Virus record (IMG/VR): IMGVR_UViG_3300032330_000970
Length of the DNA: 64,000 nt
DNA from: an uncultured virus (IMG/VR IMGVR_UViG_3300032330_000970)
Taxonomy: Duplodnaviria > Heunggongvirae > Uroviricota > Caudoviricetes
Reading direction: 5' to 3' (one strand)
Shown: in pieces, positions 1 to 7,625 of the stretch
Layout of the letters: every line of letters starts with the position of its first letter
Position numbering within the stretch: the first letter of the stretch is position 1
Notes under the pieces: generated by a model
The model's input: the letters and a program-made list of their open reading frames with translations, nothing else
Databases searched by the model: none
What the model was told of the DNA's origin: nothing
Made by a program: the position numbers and the translations under genes

Positions 1-426
1 CCCTTCTGGCTTAGACGTATTGGTGATATCCCAAAAAACTTTGCCCTCAACGCAAGTCGAGGCGGAGCGCACGATGAACTGATCGCCAAGCACGACCTTA
101 AGTATGCCGAGGTTGTGTTCAGTACCAAGGAAGCAGAGGACAAGAAGTTGGAGATCGACCACGACGACAGCCACGCCTACAAGTCTGGCAAGCCGTTCGC
201 CTTGCTCATCCACGGGACACAACCTGCGGGTAGCATCGCGGCCAAGGCATTATCTGCCCTTCGCAAGATTGGGTGGACTGGATATAGCAGAAAGACTGCT
301 GCTATCGCGGCGTTGTGTTTGGTCATGATGGACTCGATACCCGATAAGTACTGGCCCGTGTGGGCCAGGGTAGGGAACGACAACATCATATCCAGAGTGA
401 AAATCTTTGGCGAAAGGAACGTATGA
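1..426 (+). CDS. GP88-like phage protein, C-terminal part (5' truncated by window)
   Basis: Frame 1 is open from base 1: ..NFALNASRGGAHDELI..LEIDHDDSHA..FALLIHGTQPAGS, which resembles phage gene product 88-like proteins. Confidence 0.6.
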   Translation, partial: PFWLRRIGDIPKNFALNASRGGAHDELIAKHDLKYAEVVFSTKEAEDKKLEIDHDDSHAYKSGKPFALLIHGTQPAGSIAAKALSALRKIGWTGYSRKTAAIAALCLVMMDSIPDKYWPVWARVGNDNIISRVKIFGERNV

Positions 427-641
427 GTCTAATAAATAGAGCATCAGTTAAGCGGTCAGCTCTGGACATGGCGAGCGCCAAGTTCAAGGAGCGTAATAAG
501 ACGAGGATGGAAATGGGGCTTGCCCCTACGAAGTCTGCCCCGTCGAGAGTTAGTAGTGAATTCATCGATACCTTCGAAGCCAAGGTCATTGGCTTGTTGA
601 GTGTTATGGTTCACGAGCACAAGTCAGGAGCAACACTATGA
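423..641 (+). CDS. Small basic protein, candidate histone-fold (alpha3-less) DNA-binding protein
   Basis: ATG overlaps the upstream stop. LINRASVKR..RVSSEFIDTFEAKVIGLL..KSGATL follows the alpha1-L1-alpha2-L2 pattern of prokaryotic histones. Confidence 0.55.
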   Translation: MSLINRASVKRSALDMASAKFKERNKTRMEMGLAPTKSAPSRVSSEFIDTFEAKVIGLLSVMVHEHKSGATL

Positions 642-802
642 GTAAAACAAAAAAAATAACACCAAGGATGGTTGAAGATTGGTTAATAGAAATGGATGAT
701 GTCTATTACATTTTAGCCGATATAGCCAATGGAAAAATTAAACCATCAGAGTTAAAGTCAGACATTTCAATCTATATAGATAACGAAAGGAGCTCACGAT
801 GA
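638..802 (+). CDS. Hypothetical protein (54 aa, not in ORF track)
   Basis: MSKTKKITPRMVEDWL..ERSSR*; ATGA overlaps at both ends. Confidence 0.65.
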   Translation: MSKTKKITPRMVEDWLIEMDDVYYILADIANGKIKPSELKSDISIYIDNERSSR

Positions 803-1023
803 ATTGTTATTGTATTACAAAACCGACGGAACAAAAGTTTCTATCGATCGATGAAACGTGGGTGGACTTTATCACGGGTATCCGTAATGACTCCATCCGA
901 GGCTATACCTCTGAGGAGATGGAAGCCTTAAACAACGATGCAACGAAGCATGGAGGCGAGGTGCGACAGCATCCGTCTCCCGACGGAGTCACACTCCCCT
1001 TGTTTTATGACTGGGGTACGTGA
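799..1023 (+). CDS. Hypothetical protein
   Basis: AAGGAG RBS upstream; ATGA overlap. Confidence 0.7.
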   Translation: MNCYCITKPTEQKFLSIDETWVDFITGIRNDSIRGYTSEEMEALNNDATKHGGEVRQHPSPDGVTLPLFYDWGT

Positions 1024-1645
1024 AGTATTTGAGGGACTGAAGTCCCGAGAGGTCAGCCGTTACGTCAATTACTGGGACAAGATTAAGCCCAAGTCCCGTG
1101 AAGACGAATGGCGCTTCTGGATATTCTCGATTCTCGCAGCCAACTTCGGTTGGAAGCAGAACGTGAAAGCCTTTAATGCAATCAAGAATCGCGACTCGTG
1201 GAAGTCCGATCTCGGCAAGCTACAGTTCGAACTGTATCAAACCAAGACTGGACTGTGGCGGACCAAGGCCGTGAGCATCTGGAAGTTTGATCAGATGTTC
1301 GCTGCCAAGCCCCACATCTTCGAGCGTTATCCCAATGAGCCGTTGATGCAATACCGTGATCGGATTGCGGACAACGTGCCAGGATTGGCGATTGCTAAGT
1401 CAAGCTTCTATGTGGAGATGAAACATCACGAAGAGTCAAACGTTGTTTGCCTCGATCGTCGTGTGCTTAAGTCCATCCACAAGAGGGACAGAAACGTGAA
1501 CAGGACTGACTACCTCGCGCTTGAGAACGAGTGGCAGACCTGCTCAAAGGAATACGGTATCCCCGCGGCTACCGCCAGGTTCATCTGGTGGGACAAGTTA
1601 CAGGGGTATAAAAATAGTCGGTACTGGAGTGAGGTATTAGAATGA
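1007..1645 (+). CDS. HhH-GPD superfamily DNA glycosylase-like protein (Ogg2/N-glycosylase-lyase-like)
   Basis: RDRIADNVPGLAIAKSSF (helix-hairpin-helix), VVCLDRRVL (catalytic Asp position), YLALENEW. Confidence 0.7.
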   Translation: MTGVREVFEGLKSREVSRYVNYWDKIKPKSREDEWRFWIFSILAANFGWKQNVKAFNAIKNRDSWKSDLGKLQFELYQTKTGLWRTKAVSIWKFDQMFAAKPHIFERYPNEPLMQYRDRIADNVPGLAIAKSSFYVEMKHHEESNVVCLDRRVLKSIHKRDRNVNRTDYLALENEWQTCSKEYGIPAATARFIWWDKLQGYKNSRYWSEVLE

Positions 1646-1845
1646 AAAAAGTAAACGGTGAGATTCTTTGGGGCGCTGGCGACAGCATCCACAAGATCTC
1701 TTTTATTGCAGACGTGGACACAGCCAAGGAAAAGGTCGACAACCTTAAACTTGAACTGGACCCGCAGTTCCTTGATGACGTTCTTCAGAACGTGTACAAG
1801 GCGGGTGCAGACGAAGCCCTCCGATTGGCCGCTGTCCAAGGGTGA
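1642..1845 (+). CDS. Hypothetical protein
   Basis: GAGG RBS; ATGA overlap. Confidence 0.7.
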   Translation: MKKVNGEILWGAGDSIHKISFIADVDTAKEKVDNLKLELDPQFLDDVLQNVYKAGADEALRLAAVQG

Positions 1846-1871
1846 TAAAAAAACCACGTAAAGGAATACGT

Positions 1872-2003
1872 ATGTTGGAAATGATATTACTTTGTTTCCA
1901 ACTCGTAGGATTTATAGTTGTAACTTGGTCGGTCTATTCGGCCTTCTTAGGAACATACCATAACACCTGCGTCATGATTGAAAAGAAACTACTTGGGCGG
2001 TAA
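1872..2003 (+). CDS. Small membrane protein (43 aa, not in ORF track)
   Basis: AAAGGA RBS; MLEMILLCFQLVGFIVVTWSVYSAFLG is a hydrophobic helix. Confidence 0.55.
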   Translation: MLEMILLCFQLVGFIVVTWSVYSAFLGTYHNTCVMIEKKLLGR

Positions 2004-2004
2004 A

Positions 2005-2196
2005 TTAGAAATGCTCGCCTAACCACGTTTCAAAGTCATCCAATTTATTCCCGAGTTCCTCGGGGGTTATGATACCAAGAGAACAAGCACGAGCAAATTG
2101 CAAAATATCCGTGACTTGTTCTGGAAGTATCGCAAACTCCGGGGACTCGGGAATATTTTTTAGCACAGTTTCATCCTTCTTCCTATAAGTATACAT
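2005..2196 (-). CDS. Hypothetical protein
   Basis: 63-aa ORF filling the gap, convergent with the upstream gene. Confidence 0.5.
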   Translation of the reverse strand: MYTYRKKDETVLKNIPESPEFAILPEQVTDILQFARACSLGIITPEELGNKLDDFETWLGEHF

Positions 2197-2287
2197 AAAG
2201 TTTTAAGAATTGAAAGCGTAACAAGAGCCGTAAGCCAAATAATATCACGCTTTGTGTTCTTCATTTCCCCATTTTGTCCCAGCCATA

Positions 2288-2315
2288 TTGACTTGGCAAC
2301 CCTATTAGTCAGCAT
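2288..2315 (+). promoter_or_regulatory. Sigma70-type promoter, leaderless
   Basis: TTGACT-N16-CAGCAT-N6-GTG(2322). Confidence 0.5.
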
Positions 2316-2321
2316 TGAATT

Positions 2322-2576
2322 GTGCCAAAGAAGCTCGCAGAAGCAAAGTTCGGCGAACTATCCGAACAGTTCCTCCGTGTATTACTCGCCGCAGCTGCGG
2401 TCGATGGAAAATCGGAAGAGCTGGTTATTACCCGCAAGGCTTTCTATGATCTGCACGAGAAGTTAAAGGAAGGTTATAACCCAGAGATTGATGTTTGGTA
2501 TGAGGACAATGAGCTTCACGTAGCCTTAGCCTGGAGTGAAGTTCCTATTGTTGGGTTCAGAAAAATCCGTGGCTAA
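2322..2576 (+). CDS. Hypothetical protein
   Basis: 84-aa ORF; GTG start directly after the promoter. Confidence 0.65.
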   Translation: MPKKLAEAKFGELSEQFLRVLLAAAAVDGKSEELVITRKAFYDLHEKLKEGYNPEIDVWYEDNELHVALAWSEVPIVGFRKIRG

Positions 2577-2679
2577 GAATAAAAAGAAAAAAGTTAAAAG
2601 CTTGATCGATCACTCGCATCGGCCGCGCCAGGGCTTGCTCGATAAGGTAGCCAAGCTGGCATTATACCACAAGAACTAG
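2569..2679 (+). CDS. Small basic peptide (36 aa)
   Basis: GTG start overlapping the previous gene: MAKNKKKKVKSLIDHSHRPRQGLLDKVAKLALYHKN*. Confidence 0.35.
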   Translation: MAKNKKKKVKSLIDHSHRPRQGLLDKVAKLALYHKN

Positions 2680-3992
2680 CGGCTTATTTCTTCCCAATCC
2701 ATGGAAGCAAATAAGTCTGAATTATTGTTATTAGCCGCGGCTACAATTGTCATTTCAAATCTTTCCCCTGTAATCCCATTTCTCTCTAATTGATTCTTAA
2801 ATAAAGCTTCTTTTAAAATATCAATACCCCCACCTGTTTGTTGGGTAGTGCTGAAATAACCAGAAGCAACGACTCTACCACCTATTGTTGATGTCGCAGT
2901 AATATTATATTCTACTGAACTGTCAGTGCCAGCACTTACCCATGACCCACCAGATGTAGTAGAAGCATTTCTAACCTGCCAATTAAATGTATCACCCGCT
3001 GTTTTACCTAGCATAGATATGGCTGTAACAATTACGATTGCATCGAGTCTATCTGGGGAAGATTTAAGTCTGATAGAAACAACAGGGTAAAAAGTTCCGG
3101 CCGTAGTAAGTCTGAATGGGCTTGTAACTGGAGTTCCCACAGCTTGCTGTGTTCCTCTCAATTCATATCCGCCTTCGGATAAAACCGTAGAGCAAACTTG
3201 TTTTAGATTGCTGGAGCTAGAAGTATCTCCTATATTTTTAATTTCGTACCGAAGTGGGAGACTTGCTGTCGTTATATAAGTTGACGTGATTAGATTAGCA
3301 TGATGAAACGAATGACAAGTAATGAACTGCCCGTTAATAATAAAACCAATACGAACAGTCCCAAGACCAAGCCACTCAATATCCATCCAAAGAATTTGCG
3401 CTTTGGTTATATTGAGAGTTAAACCAGAAGCTCCAGTACCGTCTAATTTATCTCCATTCCAATCAGCTTGAGCGACCAAGGTCTCAGTCACAGAACCAGT
3501 TACCAACGATCTCTCTACCAAATAAAGCGCATTCCCATAAAGCTCAAAATACATTCCGTTATCGTCGCCATAATATCCAGTCCTTTGACGGAGATTTGTT
3601 TTAGTTGGACTCATAACAAATGTATTCATGACAAGTAAAGATTTTCCAGGTTGATAAGAAAATACTTTTGTTGTCTCTCGAATTATCTCGTCATTATTTG
3701 CTGTGCCAATTGTTAACTCCATGAGACCCTGGCTTGCGTTGAAAGTAGCTGAAGCGGTGCCAGAAGTATAAGTCGACCACAGTCCATTGTCCCGATAGCG
3801 ATGGCTGGAATCAAAAAGCGTGAAAGGTTCGGAGACTCTTAAACGACCAAAGGAATCGGTAGGGAAAGACCCAATAATACCGCCAGCCCCACCACTCGAA
3901 AGGTTATCAAGACTGCTTGAGATCTTCTGGAGGCTACGGACTTCCGTATCTGACCAGAGAGGTGTGTTATTCTCTGGAAAATATTCAGGCAT
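2676..3992 (-). CDS. Beta-rich putative virion structural protein
   Basis: DSFGRLRVSEPFTLFDS, FSYQPGKS and WMDIEWLGLG motifs of a widespread uncharacterised phage family; last gene of the structural arm. Confidence 0.65.
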   Translation of the reverse strand: MPEYFPENNTPLWSDTEVRSLQKISSSLDNLSSGGAGGIIGSFPTDSFGRLRVSEPFTLFDSSHRYRDNGLWSTYTSGTASATFNASQGLMELTIGTANNDEIIRETTKVFSYQPGKSLLVMNTFVMSPTKTNLRQRTGYYGDDNGMYFELYGNALYLVERSLVTGSVTETLVAQADWNGDKLDGTGASGLTLNITKAQILWMDIEWLGLGTVRIGFIINGQFITCHSFHHANLITSTYITTASLPLRYEIKNIGDTSSSSNLKQVCSTVLSEGGYELRGTQQAVGTPVTSPFRLTTAGTFYPVVSIRLKSSPDRLDAIVIVTAISMLGKTAGDTFNWQVRNASTTSGGSWVSAGTDSSVEYNITATSTIGGRVVASGYFSTTQQTGGGIDILKEALFKNQLERNGITGERFEMTIVAAANNNNSDLFASMDWEEISR

Positions 3993-3998
3993 ATTAGC

Positions 3999-4475
3999 CT
4001 ACATTTTCCTCATAAAATTATATCCACCAAGTCTGCTGGGCAACATAGAAGCTTTACCCAATCCTGTACCTCGAGCTACGGAATCTATTGGACTCGGCGT
4101 TGGAGCTAAAGTTGGAGCCGGAACCTTCATTGGTGCAGGCTCTTTATAATCTTTCTTGATGTACCAACCAATCCCATCATGTCCATATTTTCCGGAAGTT
4201 GCTTCTGCCGTGCTTAATGTTCCGTTGATTCTAGCCCCTCTTTCATCATCCTCGACTACTGACGTCCAAATACCAGCTTCTCCGCCTCCCCGACTCACAG
4301 TTTGTACTAAACCGCGGGGGTCGGAAGCATAGACATAATCTATCGGTGACGAAGGACTTTTCCCGTCCCCGCTTCCAAGCCACGCCCATTTTGTCATCCC
4401 AGGTTGTGGCGTTGAGGACATTCCAGGAACGCCATAATTTATCCTGTTTAGACTTTGAAAAATATTATTTGCCAT
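3999..4475 (-). CDS. Hypothetical protein (G/P/S-rich)
   Basis: Tiles within the minus-strand operon. Confidence 0.65.
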   Translation of the reverse strand: MANNIFQSLNRINYGVPGMSSTPQPGMTKWAWLGSGDGKSPSSPIDYVYASDPRGLVQTVSRGGGEAGIWTSVVEDDERGARINGTLSTAEATSGKYGHDGIGWYIKKDYKEPAPMKVPAPTLAPTPSPIDSVARGTGLGKASMLPSRLGGYNFMRKM

Positions 4476-4507
4476 ATTATTTTTGGGTTAAATAAATGAT
4501 GGAAACA

Positions 4508-4654
4508 TTAAGATTTCCCCAATCCTTTTCTTGCCCTAGCTTGAAATTCCTTTTTGCCAAGTTTCTTGCGACCAATCCACGCAGCCAAAGCTTTGGGATC
4601 CTCAGCTCCTTTGGAAGCCAAACTTTTCACGAGCTTTTCATATCCCATTTTCAT
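4508..4654 (-). CDS. Small basic protein (48 aa, not in ORF track)
   Basis: MKMGYEKLVKSLASKGAEDPKALAAWIGRKKLGKKEFQARARKGLGKS*; abuts the upstream stop. Confidence 0.75.
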   Translation of the reverse strand: MKMGYEKLVKSLASKGAEDPKALAAWIGRKKLGKKEFQARARKGLGKS

Positions 4655-5539
4655 TTAAAAATTGTTATACATTCCAGTTTTTGGATTAATATTTCCAACG
4701 CCTGGAATAGCATCCTGTCTTTTTTGCCGCAGCTTTCTTTCTTCAGGGTTTCTTTCGTCACCAAATTCGAAAACAGGTTGATTAAGTTCTTGCTCAGTAG
4801 GAGCAGGGCCCCATGGATCTTGTAGTATGCCACTATTTTCTCCTCCACGAGCTTTTCTCCATCCTCCTTTGCCATTGGTTTCCCAAACTTCTCCCCCCGG
4901 CATTTGCCATCTACTAAAACTACCTTCTTTATTTGCAACGGAAACTGCTCCAGGAGGAATTCCACCAGCTTTTCTTCGTCTGGCCTCGATCATAGCAGCA
5001 CCTACTGATCCTGGCGCACCGCCACCTCCTGTGGAGTTTAACCACGCATTAAAATCTTGTTCTGACATATTCATTAATATATCATTCTGTCTTTTTTGTT
5101 CTTCCCGAATCCCCCATTCCATATCTTTATCCCAAAAATTGCTACCTTGAGGTCCACCCATAACGTTAGGTGTTCCAAGATTACCCTGACCAAGCACAGG
5201 TTTGGGGGCAGTTGCATCAGGAGATCCCATTACTGTCGGAGTTTTTGGAGTCGTCTCGTTGGAGGCTTTAGCGGCTTCAGCTGCTTTATTTGCCATGAAT
5301 GAATTGTAATCCTCTGCGTACATTGTCCGTATTTTTGGGTCAAAAATTTGAGTGAACGCAGGACTTTTAAGATTTACGGAAGGCAAATTAACAGCGAGAT
5401 TTGGGGATTTAAAACTTGGCATTTTAAGCTGTGGACCAGAAGGACCTGTCGGAAGGTTTGGCCTTTTGGTCATAATGCCTACCCGATACCCTTTTCCTAA
5501 TCCTAAATTTTTTGCTGCTTCGTAAGAATCAATTGCCAT
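4655..5539 (-). CDS. Low-complexity hypothetical protein, possibly internal virion
   Basis: 294 aa, G/P/N-rich; tiles within the operon. Confidence 0.65.
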   Translation of the reverse strand: MAIDSYEAAKNLGLGKGYRVGIMTKRPNLPTGPSGPQLKMPSFKSPNLAVNLPSVNLKSPAFTQIFDPKIRTMYAEDYNSFMANKAAEAAKASNETTPKTPTVMGSPDATAPKPVLGQGNLGTPNVMGGPQGSNFWDKDMEWGIREEQKRQNDILMNMSEQDFNAWLNSTGGGGAPGSVGAAMIEARRRKAGGIPPGAVSVANKEGSFSRWQMPGGEVWETNGKGGWRKARGGENSGILQDPWGPAPTEQELNQPVFEFGDERNPEERKLRQKRQDAIPGVGNINPKTGMYNNF

Positions 5540-5540
5540 A

Positions 5541-5696
5541 TTATTTGCCTTTTGATTTTCCTGCCGCGCTTAAAGCAATAGCAATAATCTGAGCTCGGCT
5601 ACGGGGTTTTCCCCCGGCTCCGCGTTCTTTACCTTTCTTCTTGTTGTCAGCGTAAAGTTCGCTGATATTGGCTGATACATTTTTTCCTAGTGGCAT
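5541..5696 (-). CDS. Small basic protein, DUF6496-like (51 aa, not in ORF track)
   Basis: MPLGKNVSANISELYADNKKKGK..PRSRAQIIAIALSAAGKSKGK*. Confidence 0.75.
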   Translation of the reverse strand: MPLGKNVSANISELYADNKKKGKERGAGGKPRSRAQIIAIALSAAGKSKGK

Positions 5697-5712
5697 AATT
5701 TTTCTCCTTTGA

Positions 5713-6162
5713 TTACGGGAAGGTTAGCAGATATCGAAGTTGTTGTACATCCCCCAGGATGGTGTCGCGAATATTGAGAAGATCAGTATCCTTTGGATCG
5801 AGGCAAGTTGGCAACTCGTCTTGTAAAAAAGTGACAAACTTATCCACAAACTGTAATGGACTCCCGGAATAGTTATCAAGGTTGAGTACAAACTTACCGC
5901 TCGAAGCATAGATTCTTTGATACCGCCCCATATAAGACTCAATAAAATCATCCATGTTCTTTCCGAGAGATTCATAAATTTCTCCAAAGCTTTCGTGTTG
6001 AGCGAACGATTTGGTTTGCCAGTGAAAAATTTTAAATTGATTGTGAGCTGTCATTAAATTGGTTAGCAACATTTCTCCTTTGTCGGAACTTTTGGTCTCA
6101 AGGTCAGAACCTCTATTGCTTACCTGCATTTCCTTCAGATAATCTTGGAACTTGGCAGCCAT
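5713..6162 (-). CDS. Dps/ferritin-like protein (DUF5856-like)
   Basis: HNQFKIFHWQTKSFAQHESFGEIYESL..DDFIESYMG matches the Dps ferroxidase-type H..H..D..E pattern; DLLNIRD..YLL C-terminus. Confidence 0.8.
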   Translation of the reverse strand: MAAKFQDYLKEMQVSNRGSDLETKSSDKGEMLLTNLMTAHNQFKIFHWQTKSFAQHESFGEIYESLGKNMDDFIESYMGRYQRIYASSGKFVLNLDNYSGSPLQFVDKFVTFLQDELPTCLDPKDTDLLNIRDTILGDVQQLRYLLTFP

Positions 6163-6164
6163 GA

Positions 6165-6590
6165 TTAAACTTGCTCCTCAACAGCGTCTACAAAACTTTT
6201 ATTTTTATTTTCTTTTGAATCATCCAATGGACCGCCTACAATCCAGGCTTTACATGTACGCTTTGACGCACACTTAAAATCAAAAGCTTCGCAGTATCCA
6301 AGGTCCCCGGCATCAATGGTAGCCCATTCATCTCCCTCGTCCTTTCCAAGTCCCTTGGCAATACAGTCTTTGATGCGGGTTGTGACATTAAAGGCGGCAC
6401 AATTTCCACACCTAGATTTCTTAGCTTCCTCGGGTGAAGTGTTGAACTCTTTCCCGAGTTTAATCCAATAGTCTTCATTGGGTTCGTTGGGATTCATTGG
6501 CCCGTACATAGCTGTGTTTATAGCCTTTTTTCTATTGCGTAAATTGGCCGCAATATCTTGCGTTTCAATGGGACAAACTTTAGCAGGCAT
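6165..6590 (-). CDS. Cys-rich protein with HiPIP-like Cys spacing
   Basis: CGNCAAF..GYCEAFDFKCASKRTCKAW; ATG at 6590 preferred. Confidence 0.7.
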   Translation of the reverse strand: MPAKVCPIETQDIAANLRNRKKAINTAMYGPMNPNEPNEDYWIKLGKEFNTSPEEAKKSRCGNCAAFNVTTRIKDCIAKGLGKDEGDEWATIDAGDLGYCEAFDFKCASKRTCKAWIVGGPLDDSKENKNKSFVDAVEEQV

Positions 6591-6600
6591 AACTATCAGT

Positions 6601-6810
6601 TTACTTGTACTCTTCCAGATCGTCAACACCATCTTCGTCAACGTCTTTAAAGGAGCTTGGGTCGCGAGTAAAAATTTTCTTGGCTAGCATATAGCGTTCC
6701 TCTGCTGACATCTCAGTCCACATTTCTGTCTTACCCCTTGGCTTCCAAAGGATTAGAGCAACTACAATAAAGACAAAAAATAAAATAGGCCAAAGCATTA
6801 GCAGCTCCAA
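6601..6810 (-). CDS. Small membrane protein
   Basis: N-terminal TM helix and acidic tail; start uncertain (ATG 6798 is an alternative). Confidence 0.6.
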   Translation of the reverse strand: MELLMLWPILFFVFIVVALILWKPRGKTEMWTEMSAEERYMLAKKIFTRDPSSFKDVDEDGVDDLEEYK

Positions 6811-7064
6811 AGAACTTTTCGAGCCCAGTAATTAGCTGACAGTTTGCCATCCCCTCCCTTAATACCACCACTCCTAGCGCAATAACTCTTTCGTCTTTTT
6901 GCGCTATGATGCTGAGTGAAATCTTTCATTGAGCTATCCCCAAAGTGAATGAGTTTTTCCTGCCCACCGGAACAAGCTTTGACTACCTTCTTCTTGCCCG
7001 GCCTCCACGATTTGCGTGGTTGATTGCAGGGCATGTCGGCTTTGCTGGGTTTACCTAATGGCAT
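6798..7064 (-). CDS. Basic protein, DUF5754-like
   Basis: KLIHFGD..DFTQH..RRKSYCAR..SANYWARKVLW. Confidence 0.7.
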   Translation of the reverse strand: MPLGKPSKADMPCNQPRKSWRPGKKKVVKACSGGQEKLIHFGDSSMKDFTQHHSAKRRKSYCARSGGIKGGDGKLSANYWARKVLWSC

Positions 7065-7612
7065 TATCTATCCTGTGTTTGTCCCATCCTCGAATCAATG
7101 ACGTCTGAATCTAGAATGGGTACTTTCTTCATAATAGTTTCCATATCCTTTGAAATTTTTTGTAAGTTGGAAGTATAGGGTTGAAGACTACCGGTAAAGT
7201 ATCCACCTTGTTTTAAGCCCGACGCATATCCCGCTACGTTTGTTGCCGACAAAGCGCCGTTATATCTCGGCATTTTAAGTTTCTTTGTCCAGTCTTCAAA
7301 GAACTGATTGGGGGTTTCGTAAGTCTTAAAAGGTTCTATGGCGGGCTCATTATTCTCACCTTCGGTGGTGGCCATCTTTACTTGCGCTTCTCCAACCTTG
7401 GCTTTGACTCCTCCCAGGTTACCGTATTTCTTGGCTAACTCAGACTCACCATATCCCGACTCTAAAGCTGTTTGGGCTAAAACCCATGAGGGGTCAATGC
7501 CCAAATCTGCCGCCGCTTTCATGGCTGGGGAAAACATTTTCTTAACATAGGCAATTTTTTTATCTGCCTGTGGACCCAATTGTTTTTTCCAATCTTGTGT
7601 TTCGTCAGCCAT
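7064..7612 (-). CDS. GH73 glucosaminidase/FlgJ-like peptidoglycan hydrolase (probably virion-associated)
   Basis: AQTALESGYG (catalytic Glu), NLGGVKA, TTE, FKTY, PRY, GGYFT motifs. Confidence 0.88.
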   Translation of the reverse strand: MADETQDWKKQLGPQADKKIAYVKKMFSPAMKAAADLGIDPSWVLAQTALESGYGESELAKKYGNLGGVKAKVGEAQVKMATTEGENNEPAIEPFKTYETPNQFFEDWTKKLKMPRYNGALSATNVAGYASGLKQGGYFTGSLQPYTSNLQKISKDMETIMKKVPILDSDVIDSRMGQTQDR

Positions 7613-7625
7613 GGATTTATCCTAA

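Noticed and set aside
4496..4965. ORFs 4496..4825(+) and 4651..4965(-)
   Set aside because: They overlap the 294-aa gene and the 48-aa basic gene, which tile the operon exactly.
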